From the NCBI RefSeq assembly GCF_963921235.1, contig NC_086097.1, positions 128,280,001 to 128,344,000 on the forward strand: a DNA stretch of 64,000 bases, read 5' to 3'. The position numbers were made by a program, and so were the translations under genes. The notes below the pieces were generated by a model. It did not search any database. It was not told the origin of the DNA and was given only the letters and a program-made list of their open reading frames with translations. Shown piece by piece: positions 1 through 13,610 of the stretch (the stretch's first letter is position 1; the number at the start of each line of letters is the position of its first letter). Source of the DNA: Mobula hypostoma (Eukaryota).

Positions 1-1582
1 ATATTTTTAAAGAAAATATTCAAATTTCCAATTAACATGTTAACTGTCACCACATTTCTTTTTTAAAATTATACTATAAACACCTACCATATTTTTTAGG
101 AAAACATTCTAATTGACTCGTGAACAGCAGCATTTTAAAAGTACATGTTCTTAAATTTATCCAGCAACAAGAATTGAGAATGAAGATGATATTATTAAAT
201 AAAAACAACTATTAACGTGTTTCATTGTTAAATTCATATATTTAAGGGGAGGTATACTTAAGTAATTTACTGAAAACTGAATATAATATTTACATAATGA
301 ATATAATACTTTGACTAACTGAAAATGTTTAGCCAGACATAACTTCTTCCCAGATATTCTATTTGCAATAATTGAATCCCATGACTGGTTGATAATCTAT
401 TAATTTTAGAGAACACTAAATAAGATGTTATAAAGATATGAATTTCTGCTGAGCTGGAAAATTACCAACTTCTGGTCGGGATTATTTTAAAGAAGTTAAA
501 GAATGAACAATTTTCATTTCCATAACAATTTCTTTTACAATCTTAGGCCAACAACTATGGTTTTACTTTTAAAGTATAGTCTTTCTTCCAAAGAGGTTTG
601 CATTCCACTCAAATTGTACTAATGTGTTACGACTTGTCTATCCATATCAAGCACATTATGTTTTCTTGTGAAAATCTGGAAAGTATTGAACACTGTAATA
701 TTCCAGAAGAGTGGAGATCTGTTTATTCCATTAATATGCTGAAGTAGCTTGTACCTTCTCGAAGGGAAGTTAATATTTGGCTCAGAAGAGTGATGAATGA
801 TAGTAGCTTAAGTACACTGTTCTCTGACACAGTGCATTTGAAATAAAGCAATGGACCTTTCGTAAAGTTTTAATTTAAAGATCATGCTGGTTAAATTCTT
901 CAAAACTCATGACACTAAAAAACATCTTAGATTTTGGCTCTGCTGATGTGTTGAACGTATGTTTATGCTGGATGTTACGAATAGTTCTATTTAGAAAGTA
1001 GCCCAGTGCACTTCCATTGTGCCATTTAGCATTGGAATTACTTCATTAAAATTTCCCCTCAGCTGTGTGTTAAGGGCTTGCTTTGATCAAAGTCTTTTAC
1101 AACCTCAGGACAACTCTAGACTGTTAGAACAATGAAATACAATTGAAATATGATTACTAGAAAATGTGGCAGGGAAATTGCACACATTGCTCTCAATGGC
1201 TGGAAAGGTGTGTTAAATCAGTAGGGTGTGTGTGCCAATCAATTAATTTGGAGTGCCTTCCACTACAAAGTTTCATAACAAATAGAATCCAACACGTAAT
1301 GCAACATTGAACAAATCTTAGGGAATTAAAGTGAAAGGCAATGTCTTGGAGGGAAACTAAGTGCTAGTCTTGCTTAGGGTATTTTCTTGCAGGAATTGAT
1401 AACAAATATTCACTGATAAATAGATTTCTGATTCTAGATGCCCATACCTGAATGGTTAAAAGGAAAAGAATGTGATGTTACAGTTACAGAGAAAGTGCAG
1501 TGCAGGCTGACAAATAAAGTGGCCAGGAAGATAGAGAGAACAAGAATTCACCTTTATCGTAAAAGAGGTGCATTCAAATGTC

Positions 1583-2440
1583 TTATTAAGTTCAAATTCA
1601 AGTGTCAGTTCAGTTTAATGTCATTCAGCTGTACACATCTATGCTGCCAGATGAAACAACACAGTACATAGAACACAAACACGAAATACACATAAAGTAA
1701 GTAAATACATTTAAGAAAAATTGACACTTCATAATGTGATGAGACCTGGGTGGTGGTAGGGAGTTCCGTAGACTTACGGCCTGCGGGGAAGAAGATGTTT
1801 TGCATGCTGACAGTTCTTGTCCTAATGCTTCAGTACCCCCTGTCTGATGGTAGGTGGTCAAAGAGATGGTTAAATGGATGGGAGGGATCGGTGAAATTAC
1901 CAAGACCCTTACATACGGATAAATATCTCTAATGGGTGGAAGAGATCCTTTCAGCAGTCTTTGCAATCATTAGTTGACTTGTGGTCATATGCCCTGCAAT
2001 TCCTGTACTAGACAGTGATGCAGATGGTCAGGACACACCCTATGTTGGTCCTGTAAAAATTGTTTAGAATGGTGGGGGTAAGGGTGAGGGTGGGGGGGGA
2101 TGGAAAACTCTCATACCTCAATCTCCACAATAAGTGGAGATGCTGCTGTGTCTTATTGACCAAAGAGGTGGTGTTGAGGGACCAGTTGAGATCGTCTGTT
2201 ATGTGCAATCCCAGAAACTTGGTGCTCTTAACTCTCTCCATGGAAGTGGTGTTTATGTACAGTGAAGGTTGGCCTGCCTGAACCTTTCTAGTGTCCACAA
2301 TCATCTCATTTGTCTTTTCCATGTGTGACTCAAGCTGTTGTGCTCACACCATTCTACCAGTCACTAAACCTCCTCTCTGTACACTGCCTCATTGTCGTTG
2401 TTGATGAAGCCAGCCAATGTTTTGCCATTAGCAAACTTAC
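1583..2440 (-). mobile_element. Rex1/Babar-type LINE 3' fragment (degenerate RT C-terminus and 3' UTR)
   Basis: ORF 2008-2322 KTNEMIVDTRK...MERVKSTKFLGLHITDDLNWSLNTTSLVNKTQQHLHLLWRL matches the RT C-terminal segment of this clade; short-repeat tail (aaattc/agttc) near 1583-1615. Confidence 0.8.
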
Positions 2441-5113
2441 TGATTTTGAACACGAGATAGAAGCTGGCCTTGAACCTGAGGATATGTGAGTTTAAAGAAT
2501 GAACAGCATCAATGCTTAAACTATCTCCAAGACAACTTCCCTTTAATAAATTCCGAAGCATAAAAGTTCATGCTTATAGCCAACAATTCTCTGAATTCTC
2601 CAGCTTATTGGAACATTTATTACATCTCTGTCTAACATAAAAAAGAAGTAAAAACAAAATGCGTTGGGATGATACAAATAACCATAAGACTGTAAGATAT
2701 AGGATCAGAATTAGGTCACTCAGCCTATCAAGTCTGCTCCACCATTTCATCATGACTGATCCATTTTCCCTCTCAACCCCATACTTCTGCGTTCTCCCTG
2801 TAACCTTTCATGCCCTGACTATCAACTATCATCTTCAATACACCCAGTTACCTGGCCTCCACAGTCATCTGTGACAATTAATTCCACAGATTCACCAGTC
2901 CTTGGCTAAAGAAATTTCTCCTCCTCATCTCCATTCCAAATGGACACCCTTCTATTTTGAGGCTGTACCCTCTGGTTCTAGACTCCCCCAGTATAGGAAA
3001 CATCCTCTCCATATCCACTCCATCCGTGCCTTTCAACATTTGATAACTTTCAATGAGATTTACCTTCATTCTTCTAAATTTCAGCCAATACATCCACAGA
3101 GCCATCAAACGCTCCTCATACAATAATTCTTCCATTCCCAGAATCATCCTCATGAACCTCCTCTGGCCCTCTTCAATGTCAACATATCCTTTCTGAGAGG
3201 ACAGGAGCCCAAAACTGCTCACAATATTCCAAGTGAGGCCTCACCAATGCCTATTAAAGCCATGGCATTACATCCTTGCTTTTAATCATATTCCTCTCAA
3301 AATGAATACTAACATTGTATTTGCCTTCCTCACCAGCGACGACTCAACCTGCAAATTAACCTTCAGGGAATCCTGCATGAGGACTCCCAAATCACTTTGC
3401 ACTTTGGATTTTTGAATTTTCTGCCTGTTTAGAAAACAGTCCATACTTTTGTTCCTTCTACCAAAGTGCATGACCCTATACTTCCCGAAACTGTATTCCA
3501 TCAGCCACTTCTTTGTCCCTTCTCCTAATCTGTCTGTCCTTCTACAGCCTCCCTGCTTCTTCAGCACAATCTGCCTCTCCACCTGTCTGCATTTTATCTG
3601 CAAACGTGGCCACAAAGCCATTAATTCTGTCATCCAAATCATTGATATATAATGTAAAGAAAAGCAGTCCCAACACCAACCCCTGTGAAGCACCACTAGT
3701 CACTGGCAGCCAACAAAAAAAGGCTCCTTTTATTCCCACTCTTTGCTTCCTGCCATTCAGCCAATCCTGTAAACATGCTAGCATCTTCCCTGTAATACCA
3801 TGGGCTCTTATCTTGTTGTGCAGACTCACGTGCGGCACTTTGTCAAAGGCCTTCTGAAAATTGAAATACACGATATCCAATCCTCCTTTGGCTATGCTGC
3901 TTATTATTTCCTCAAAGAATTTCAGTAGATTAGTCACGCAAACCATGCAGACTTTAACTTAGTTTATCATGTGCCTCCAAGTACCCTGATACCTCATTCT
4001 TAAAAATCGACTCCAACGTCTTCCCAACCACTGAGGTCAGGCTAACTGGCCTGTTATTTCGTCTGCTTCCCTCCATTCTTGAAGAGTGGAGTGACATTTG
4101 CAACTTTCCAATTCTATAGAACCATGTCAGAATCTAGTGACTCTTGAGAAATCATTACTAATGCCTCCACAAATTCTTTACCTACCTCTTTCAGAACCCT
4201 GGGGTGTAGTCCACCTAGTCCAGGTGACTTATCTACCTACACACTTTTCAGTCTCCTAAGCACCTTCTCCCTAGTAATAGCAATTGATCTCACTTCTGCC
4301 CCCGACACTCTTGAAATTCTGGTGTACTGCTCCTGTCATCCACAGTGACAATAGATGCAAAATACTTATTTAGTTTTCCCCCCATTTCTCTCTCTCCAGC
4401 ATCATTTTCCAGTGGTTTGATATCTACTCTTGCCTCTCTGTTAATCTTTATATATCTGAAAAAAATCTTTTGAGACCCTTTTTGATGTTATTTGCCAGCT
4501 TACCTTTGTATTTCATCTTTTTCCTCCTTATGTCTTTTTAGTTGCCTTCTGATGGTTTTTAAAAGCTTCCCAATCCACTAACTTCCCATTAAGTTTTGTT
4601 ATAATATATGATTTTTGATTTTATATTGTTTTTGACTTTCCTTGTCAGTCATGGTTGCATCATCCTGCCCTTAGAATACTTCTTCCTCGTTGGGATGTAT
4701 CTATTCACAGTTGCTCTCAGAAACTCCAGTCATTGCTGTTCTAGTGTCATTCCCGCTTGTGTCGCCTTCCAATCAACTTTGACCAGCTCCTCTTTCATGC
4801 ATCTATAATTCTCTTTATTCCACTGTAATACTGATACATCTGACTTTAGCTTCTCCTTCTCAAATTGCAGAGTGAAGTCTGTCATATTATGATCACTGCC
4901 TCCTAAGGGTTTCTATACCTTAAGCTCCCTAATCAAATCTGGTTCATTACACAACACTCAATCCAGAATAACCTTTCTCCTAGTATGTTCAACCACAAGC
5001 TGCTCTAAAAAGTCATCTCGTTTGCATTCTTCAATGGTCTCTCTTGGGATCCAGCACCAACTTGATTTTCCCAGCCTATCTGCACATTGAAATCCTCCAT
5101 GACTCTCGTAACA

Positions 5114-6095
5114 CAACACCACAACAGGGACAGAGTTCCCCTTGTCCTCACCTACCACCCCATTAGCCTCTGGATCCAACACATTATCCTCCGCAACTTC
5201 CGCCACCTTCAACAGGACCCCACCACTAAGCACATCTTCCCCTCTCCACCTTCCGCAGGGATCAGTCCCACCCCACTGATCTCCCACCTGGCACTTATCC
5301 CTGTAAGTGCAGGTGCTACACCTGTCCCTACATCTCCTCTCTTGCCACCATTCAGGGCCCCAAACAGTACTACCAAGTGAGGCAACACTTCACTTGTGAG
5401 TCTGTTGGGGTCATCTATTGCAACCGGTGCTCCTGGTGTGGCCTCCTCTACATCGGTGAAACCCGACGTAGATTGGGGGACCGCTTTGTCGAGCACCTCC
5501 ACTCTGTCTGCCACAACAGACAGGATCTCCCAGTAGCCACCCACTTCAACTCTGCTTCCCACTCCCATTCAGATATGTCCATACATGGCCTCCTCTACTG
5601 CCATGATGAGGCTAAACTCAGGTTGGAGGAGCAACACCTCATGTACCGTCTAGGTAGTCTCCAGCCCCTTGGTATGAACATAGAATTCTCCAACTTCCAG
5701 TAATTCCCTCCCCCTCCCTTCCCCTATCCCTATGTCACTCTGTCCCCTCCCCCAGCTGCCTACCATCTCCCTCTTGGTTCCGCGTCCTTCTACTACCCAT
5801 TGTGTTTTCCCGTATTCCTTCTTCACCTTTCCTGCCTATCACCTCTCTGCTTCCCCTCTCCCACCCCTTTATCTTTCCCCTTACTGGTTTTTCACCTGGA
5901 ACCTACCAGCCTTCTCCTTCCCACCCTCCCCTCACCTTCTTTATAGGGCCTCTGCCCCTTCCCCCTACAGTCCTGACGAAGGGTTTCGGCCCGAAATGTC
6001 GACCAATCTTTTCCACGGATGCTGTCCGACATACTGAGTTCCTCCAGCGTGTTGTGAGTGTTGCTTTGACCCCAGCATCTGCAGATTATTTTGTG
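5114..6095 (+). mobile_element. Penelope-like element 3' part (GIY-YIG endonuclease and terminal repeat) with 11-bp TSD
   Basis: ORF 5377-5703 FTCESVGVIYCNRCSWCGLLYIGETRRRLGDRFVEH...GMNIEFSNF (GIY-YIG); flanking direct repeat CTCTCGTAACA at 5103-5113 and 6096-6106. Confidence 0.9.
5968..6005 (+). ncRNA. Minimal hammerhead ribozyme motif in PLE terminal repeat
   Basis: GTC-CTGACGA-A-GGG tttcgg CCC-GAAA-TGTC-GAC: core boxes CUGANGA and GAAA, stem II GGG/CCC, short stem I GTC/GAC. Confidence 0.7.
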
Positions 6096-8529
6096 CTCTC
6101 GTAACATTACCCTTTTGACATGCATTTTCTATCTTCCATTGTAATTTGTAACCCACATCCTGGCTACTGTTTGGAGGCCTGTATATTACTCAATTCGGGG
6201 TCTTTTTGCCCCTGCTCCCTAAATTCTTTCTTCATCGGACCTATCTATGTCATTGGTGCCGATATGTACCAGGACGTCTGGGTGCTCACCCTCCTCCTTT
6301 ATAATGCCACGGACCCCATCTGAAACATCCCTGACCCTAGAACCTGGGAGGCAATATGCCATCTCTTTCACATCCATGGAATCTCGTGTCTACTCCTCTA
6401 ACTACGGAATCCCTTATCACCACTGAAGACCTCTTCTCCCTTTTTCCCTACGGACCCTCAGGGCCAGGCTCAGTGGAAGAGACCGGTCATTGCGGCTCCC
6501 ATCCGATGGGTTGCTCCCCACAACAGTATCCAAAGCAGTATACTTATTACTGAGGGGAAAACTCTGCACTGGCCACCCTTTCCCCTCCCTCTCCCTCTCC
6601 TGACAATCACCCAGGTACCTGCCTCCCGTAACTTAGGGGTGACCACCTCCCTGTAGTTCTTATCTATCACCTCCTAAGTTTCCAGTATGAGTTGAAGGTC
6701 ATCAACCTGCAGCTCCAGTTCCTTAATAAGTTCTCTGATGAGCTGCAGCTCGGTTCAGCTGATGCAGATGTAGTTATCCAGGAGGCTAGAGGTCTCCCAG
6801 ATTCCCATTTATCATACGAAGAACACAACACAGCCCCTGCAGCCCCTCATTGTACTAACTCTTCATGAACAGATGAAGAAGAAGAAGAAGAAACTTACCT
6901 CACCCGAGCCTCTTGTCTCAAGCCTGCTGAGTCAAAGCCTCCCCACCCTAACTCTGGTCCGCTCCTACTTCGCTTGTCCTTACCTTATACTTATTTGATC
7001 TTGCCAACGAATCACGATTCAATTGATCCACTGGAGAAAGCTAAAGGCCACGAATGCTCCTTTTTAAATCTCTCGCCCTGACCTGTGTGTAGCCTTCTCT
7101 TTTGATTCGATTAGGCCACCATAAAAAGCCGAAAGCCTTTCTAAAGGCTTTTTAAATCTCTCACTCCAAACTGTGTGTAGCTTCCTCTCTCGATTCAATT
7201 AGGCCACTGGAAAAAATAAGTAACATACAATAATCAGAAACTCTGTAATCCCAAGTTATCAGAGTTACACTAAAATGTGTAATAATGAAGATATGTTTTT
7301 GTGCGCAGTGGTACCCTGTTTTACACATAGGAGACATAATTTATTTTAGAAGCCTTGAAATCACAAGAAACCTTTGAAGTTGGGCAGTCATGTTGAGACC
7401 TGTTGGCCATTTGCCTTTGGAATTATATTCTGACGTGGCTCAACTCCACATCTAAAGCACTGCAGGATGCAACCGGCAATTATTTTTAATTCTTTTAATT
7501 GCTTCTTCTAAAGAAGCCAAATTACATCATTTTTTTATGCTTACTCATCTTTTGAAATCCGTAGCTGTCAGAAAAGTAATGGTTTGATGAGACTGGCTAA
7601 TTAATTGCAGGTGCTCTCGGATTGGAAACCCTGCCACGCCCCAGGAGAAATGAAGCAACACTACAGGCACTTGTAGGATGAGACCCCACAGGAAATGAAA
7701 GAATCAAAAAGAAAGCAGGAGGCCGAACAACTTGCTGAATCTTCAGTTCTGTCAAAACCATCCTTGACAACAAATACCCAAGGGCCTACCTCATGGCAAA
7801 ACAAGAATGGAGGTGAAACAGTGAGGCATCTGGAAGAAAAGTTTGAACAAATTGCCCCAGGGCAATTCTGCCCTTCATTCTTTTCCATGGAGAACTATCT
7901 AGCCTTGCCTCTCCACCACAGTGTTGAAACGACTACATTTCAGCTGAGAAATGACAAGGTTGTTGGACGGGTAGCATTTCTGCTGTAGATTTAAAACTTG
8001 GTGTTGAGCCACTTCCATCATAATCTCTTATTCCACATCTGGAAGGAGAAGGCTGACCCCAGCCACCTCAGAAACCCCCGCCTCAGGAAATTCACCCCCG
8101 TCTTTGGTTTACTACATCACTGCATGCAATCTTAAATTTAACCTATTATTTCACAACAGGCCCACCTAAAACTGGCATTGAGCAAGGCCTCACCACTTTC
8201 TGCTATCTTTCTTGCTGGAATACTGCACCTCACCTCCAATAATCCAAATTTGCAAATTGTTTTATTATGTCATAGGTAACAGGGTATAATGAAAAACTCT
8301 GTTTTACATGCCAGCCATACAGATCATTTCATTATAACAGTGCATTGAGGTTGTACCAAGGAAACAATAACAGAATGACTATTAAAGTGTTGTAGTTACC
8401 TAGAAAGAGCAGTGCTAGCTGACAAAAGATGCCAGAATCCATTCTGTTATATTAGTACACCATTCAATAGCCTTGTAACAGCAGTATAAAAGGTGTTTTT
8501 TAGCCTAGTGTATATGCTTTCAAGCTCTT

Positions 8530-9062
8530 GATATGCTTCCTTCATTAGTTGGACCACTGAGTATATGGGTAAGAAAGTCATGTTCTTGGAATATTGAGTA
8601 CAATTCCGGTTCCTCCATTACAGGAACAATGAGGAGGCTTTGGACAGGGTACAGAAGAGGTTTATCAAGGTGGTGCCTGGATTACAGAGTATGAGCTAAG
8701 GGTTGGATTGTTTTCACTGGAGTGTCAGAGACTGAGGGGAGAACTGAGATAAGTTTAGAACATTACAAGAGGTATGGATATGGTAGATAGTCAGAATCTT
8801 ATCCCAAGGTAGAAATGTCAAACAACAGAGAAAATGCATTTAAGGTGAGGGGGGAATATTTGAAGGAACAGGCTGACACATGTAGTGATGGAAGCAGATA
8901 AAATAGTGGCATTTAAGAGTCTTTTGTATTGACTCATGAATATGTGAGGAATGGAGGAATATGGATCCTGTGCAGGCAGAAGACATTAGTTTAATTTGAC
9001 ATGGTGTTTGATGCAAAACATAATGGGCCATAGGGCCTGTTGCTGTGCTGAACTGTTCCACA
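8530..9062 (+). mobile_element. CR1 LINE 3' fragment
   Basis: Degenerate LEY..QFWxP, RVQKRF and CR1-like 3' tail (gggcc...gggcctgttgctgtgctg). Confidence 0.7.
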
Positions 9063-9069
9063 TTCAACG

Positions 9070-9460
9070 TTAACTCATTTAGAGATTTAACCTTGAGCTC
9101 CACTATGGCAATAGACGACCATAACGTTTTCAATGCCTCTCTGTATAATACTCCAACTAACTCGTGGGAATCCTTGACCAAGTATGTCCAGCCTCAAGGA
9201 GGGTCTATCAGGGTGATGTTGAGAACCTTAAGTCAATTCGTTCGGAGCGCACAAAAGACTCACCCAACTGGCAGTTAAAGTGCACCTTCTCTCAGATGAC
9301 TCACTTCTCTGTCCCTTCAGCCATCCACTGCTTAGTCCCCAGCACCCGGAAACCACTGCCTCACCTATGACAGAGTGTGCGATTCCCATATCAGCCTTAT
9401 TAGACACATCAGAAAGCACAGAAGAATTAAGTCATCCATAACCATGGAAGTTTGTTGAAA
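9070..9460 (+). mobile_element. RTE-clade LINE 3' fragment
   Basis: NTPTNSWESLTK..., RRVYQGDVENLKS and a degenerate C2H2-like end HCLTYDRVCDSHISLIRHIRKH, as at RTE ORF C-termini. Confidence 0.6.
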
Positions 9461-11022
9461 AGATACTTCAATAAGACTGCTGGTTCCTTTCCTCGGTGCC
9501 TGAGAGGTAGAATCTTTTGAAAGATTAGTGTATGTCCTAGATATTTTTAAAACACACCCTTTCAGCAAGGCTTTGGGAACATATAAAATATTACAGCCAG
9601 AGCCAGATTATAGACAGAGCAATTTATGTGATTTTTTTTCTATGAGAAAGACATAAATAATATATTTTACATCAGATGTCACTGTACATCAGAGAATGCT
9701 GTAAAGAATGAGACTGTGGAATGTGGATCAACATGAATTTCAGAATGAATCTCTTTATATTTAATATTGTGTCATGGTCAATTAAGACTTTTATGATGTT
9801 TTAATTAAATTTCTTATGATAATTAAATCTCAATTATTCCTTTGATATCTGGAACTGTAGAAGTCAGTTTTCAGTTTAAACTAACCTTCAGCACCTGAGA
9901 AGATAAGCAGTTCAGTGCAGGAGAAAACTTGTAAAATTAATGAGGTTTTATTTCACTGAAGATAAATGCTCATTTTCAGTAATGAATCAAGATTTGAGTA
10001 GATAATTTTAGCATTTAGTTTCAAAACAGCAGAACACTATACTATAAAGACACAAGAGACTGTGGACGCGGGAATCTGGGGCAAAAAAAAAGAATAATCT
10101 GCCAGATGAGCTCAATGAATCAAGCAGCATTTAGGGGAGAAAGGAAATGTCATCATCTTGGGTCAAAACTTGGCTCGTAAATGCTGCTTGACTCGCCATG
10201 CTATGATGATCCTGTTTCTACCAGGCAAGTTTAATGAAGAAGTGAAAATCAAATCAAAAACTTGGCTCAAGCTTGTGTACTGACAAATGGGTGATATCTT
10301 CATGCAGTGAAAGTTCAAGGATAGCTACTGTATATGAAGAGCATAATGGAGTTTTTCATCTCTATGGAGTGAGGAATGTTCCACAATGTTATTTGGCACA
10401 TCGATAGATGGATGGGAAAAATGCATCTCAGCACAAGCGGATGGATAGGATAGAGTTAATTGATAATTGGTTTATTATTGTCACATATACTGAGATACAA
10501 TGAAAAAGTTTTGTTTGTGTACTTTTGATACAGATCATTCCATACATAAGTAAATTAAGATGGCAAGGAGGGAATTGCTGAATATGGTGTTATAGTGAGT
10601 TCAAAGTACATTTATTGTCAAAGTATGTGTGTGGTATACAACCCTGAGATTCACCTTCCCACAGACAGACAAGAAAGAAATCCATGGAACCTGCTCAAAG
10701 AAAAACATCAAACCCCGAATGCGCAAAAAAAAAGGAACGAATCTCACAAACAGCAAAAAACAAGCGAGAAACACAGAATATGTGTAAAACACCAATCCAC
10801 AAGTCATCGAACAGGTCAAGAATATTCATTTCAGCTCAGTTAAGTTCAAACTAGCTCTATGTCATTCGTTAACTGCAGGCTGCCCCAATCAAAATCACAC
10901 AAAATAGTAACAAAAAAGGAGAGACCAGAAACCAGAAACACATCTTAACAGTTATAGAGAAAGTGCAGTTTAGGTCATAAAATCATAGAGTCTTGTAGAA
11001 TGGAAACAGACCCTTTGGCCTT

Positions 11023-11817
11023 ATCATAGTCATAGTAGTCATAGTTATACTTTATTGATCCCGGGGGAAACTGGTTTTCGTTACAGTTGCACCATAAATA
11101 ATTAAATAGTAATAAACCATAAATAATTAAATAGTAATATGTAAATTATGCCAGGATATAAGTCCAGGACAAGCCTATTAGCTCAGGGTGTCTGACCCTC
11201 CAAGGGAGGAGTTGTGAAGTTTGATGGCCACAGGCAGGAATGACTTCCTATGACACTCTGTGTTGCATCTCGGTGGAATGCGTCTCTGGCTGAATGTACT
11301 CCTGTGCCCAACCAGTACATAATGTAGTGGATGGGAGACATTGTCCAAGATGGCATGCAACTTGGACAGCATCCTCTTTTCAGACACCACCGTCAGAGAG
11401 TCCAGTTCCATCCCACAACATCACGAGCCTTACGAATGAGTTTGTTGATTCTGTTGGTGTCTGCTACCCTCAGCCTGCTGCCCCAGCATACAACAGCAAA
11501 CGTGATAGCACTGGCCACCACAGACTCGTAGAACATCCTCAGCATTGTCCGGCAGATGTTAAAGGACCTCAGTCTCCTCAGGAAATAGAGACGGCTCTGA
11601 CCCTTCTTGTAGACAGCCTCAGTGTTCTTTGACCAGTCCAGTTTATTGTCAATTCGTATCCCCAGGTATTTGTAATCCTCCACCATGTCCACACTGACCC
11701 CCTGGATGGAAACAGGGGTCACCGGTGCCTTAGCCCTCCTCCGGTCTACCACCAGCTCCTTTGTCTTTTTCACATTAAGCTGCAGATAATTCTGCTCACA
11801 CCATGTGACAAAATTTC
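11023..11817 (-). mobile_element. Rex1/Babar-type LINE, 5'-truncated, relatively intact
   Basis: ORF 11393-11902 WCEQNYLQLNVKKTKELVVD...YKYLGIRIDNKLDWSKNTEAVYKKGQSRLYFLRRLRSF; downstream RKSFLPVAIKLHN; (CATAGT)n tail near 11025-11046. Confidence 0.9.
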
Positions 11818-12029
11818 GACCCACATTGACCAAAGATTTCCAATTAAGCTCATCCTTTGCACTTATATTTGGCCCATATCCCTCCAGATCTTTCCTCTTC
11901 ATCTACCTGGTAGCCAAGTAAAGTGCAAGGGCCATCATGGGGTAAACTGAAAGATCAAGAGTTTATCTCATTCATGTAAGAGATCCATTAAAGAGTAATA
12001 TAACAGTGGTCATTCAAGAAAAACAAAGT

Positions 12030-13000
12030 AGGATCAGAAGTTGTCTGCTCTGCCATTTAATCTGATCTGTTGGCAACCTCAGCTCTGCATGCCCACCAAA
12101 CCGTGAAACCCTCCCCCTTCTTACTGATCAATAATCCATCTCTCTCTCTGTGTCTTAACAATATTTAAAACTCTACTTCCACTGCCCTCTGAGGAAGAAA
12201 GTTCCAAAGTCACACAGCATCAAGGACCAAAAATATTTAATTTCTGACTTAAATAGGCAGACTCTTGTTTTCAAATAGACTCTTATTTCTACATTCTCCC
12301 AGAAGAGCAAACATCTTCCCAACAACCACTCAATCAAGATCTTTTTCGATCTTATGTGACTTAAGTAAGTCCTTCTCAGTCCCCTAAACACCAGGAAATA
12401 TAAGCCAAGCTTGAGCAGATACCAGCCCAAGACTGACTTCAATTTATTGAATCTTAGCAGATCACTTTCCTGTCATGGTCTACCCCAGATTACAAACATA
12501 TGTGAAGACCCTGGAGAAGGTTATTGAACAGAGGAACCATATGGACAAGTACCTAGTCCCTGAAAGTGACACTATAGCTAGATGGAGTGGTGAAGAAGGC
12601 ATATGGCATTGCTTGCTTTCACCAGCTGAGGTATTGAGTATAGGAGTTGCAACATACATATTGTTGTTTATGCTGCATTTGTGCAGTTCTGGTTGCCATA
12701 TTTTTACAAATGAAGTGATTAAGTGAGAAAGGATGCAAAAACATGTACTGGAATGTTAGCTGGTCTAAGGGGGATGGGGGTGGGGTGCTTTAGATAAAAG
12801 GAAAGACTAGTTGAGTTGCGGCTATTTTCATTGGAGTGAAGGAGGCCGAGGGTTGACCTTATGGAGGTAGGATAAATAGTCACAGTCTTTTTCCCAGTGC
12901 AGAGATAGGTTAGATAATCAGCCTTTTTCCCATTGTAGGGGAACCTAAAATTAGAGGATGCAGGTTGAAGGTGAGGTCATCTGAGGGGCAAGTTTCTCAG
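12030..13000. mobile_element. Two degenerate CR1 fragments (- strand about 12030-12400, + strand about 12490-13000)
   Basis: Decayed CR1 RT C-terminal and 3' UTR sequence similar to the better-preserved copies in this window. Confidence 0.55.
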
Positions 13001-13139
13001 TCAGCTAGAAAGGTTATAAATTCTGGATGGAACTGAACCTTTGCATTGATGCTCACTGCCTATCCATTAGTGCCATGGATACTGTGACTGACACACACAG
13101 TGAGTTTGGTGATGCAACAAGTCTTCCAAATTGAAGTCA

Positions 13140-13610
13140 CAGAGTTGAATGACACAGAAAAAAGCCATTTGGGCCATCACATCCACACTGGCTTTTTTGC
13201 TATTCTACACCAGTCATATTTCCTTCCATTAGAACTGTATCCTTTATGCCTCACCTATTTAAGTTTCTCCCTAAAAGCCTCTTAAACATAATGATTATAT
13301 CTGATTCCACCACATCCTCTGGCAGTGCATTCCAGAAATCAACCACCCTATGAAAGAAAAATCTTGCCCTTTAAAACTCCTCCTCCTCATTTTAAGACTA
13401 TGCCCCCCTGTTTTTGATGCCCCCAAAATAAGACAAAGATTTTGATGATCCAACCTGTCTATACCTCTCGTAATTTTAGGTTCTATTATCTGGTTGGCCT
13501 TGGCCTACTTTGCTGCAGGGAAATTCAGTCTTTCCCCATATCTAAAGTCCTCTAATTGAGGTAACTTTGAGGTAACTTTCAGGTGACTGTTCTCTGTGTT
13601 CTCTCCACCA
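13140..13610 (-). mobile_element. Degenerate CR1 3' fragment
   Basis: ccaccacatcctctggcagtgcattccag...aaccaccct...aaaa pattern shared with other CR1 3' ends here. Confidence 0.6.

Larger units (their letters stand above)
2680..7215 (-). mobile_element. Long degenerate CR1 LINE (ORF1 esterase, partial endonuclease, RT, 3' tail), split by a Penelope-like insertion
   Basis: RT motifs DIVYFNFQKAFDKVPH, SGASQGLVLGLLFFTLYINDLD and FADK (3542-3946); C-terminal RRNFFSQGLVNLWN (2878-3222). Endonuclease pieces at about 4900-5100 and 6107-6190. ORF1 SGNH-esterase motifs on the - strand at 6240-6430: VVIRDSVVRG, CLPGSRVRDVS, VLVHIGTNDI. Could be two joined copies at about 6195. Confidence 0.85.
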
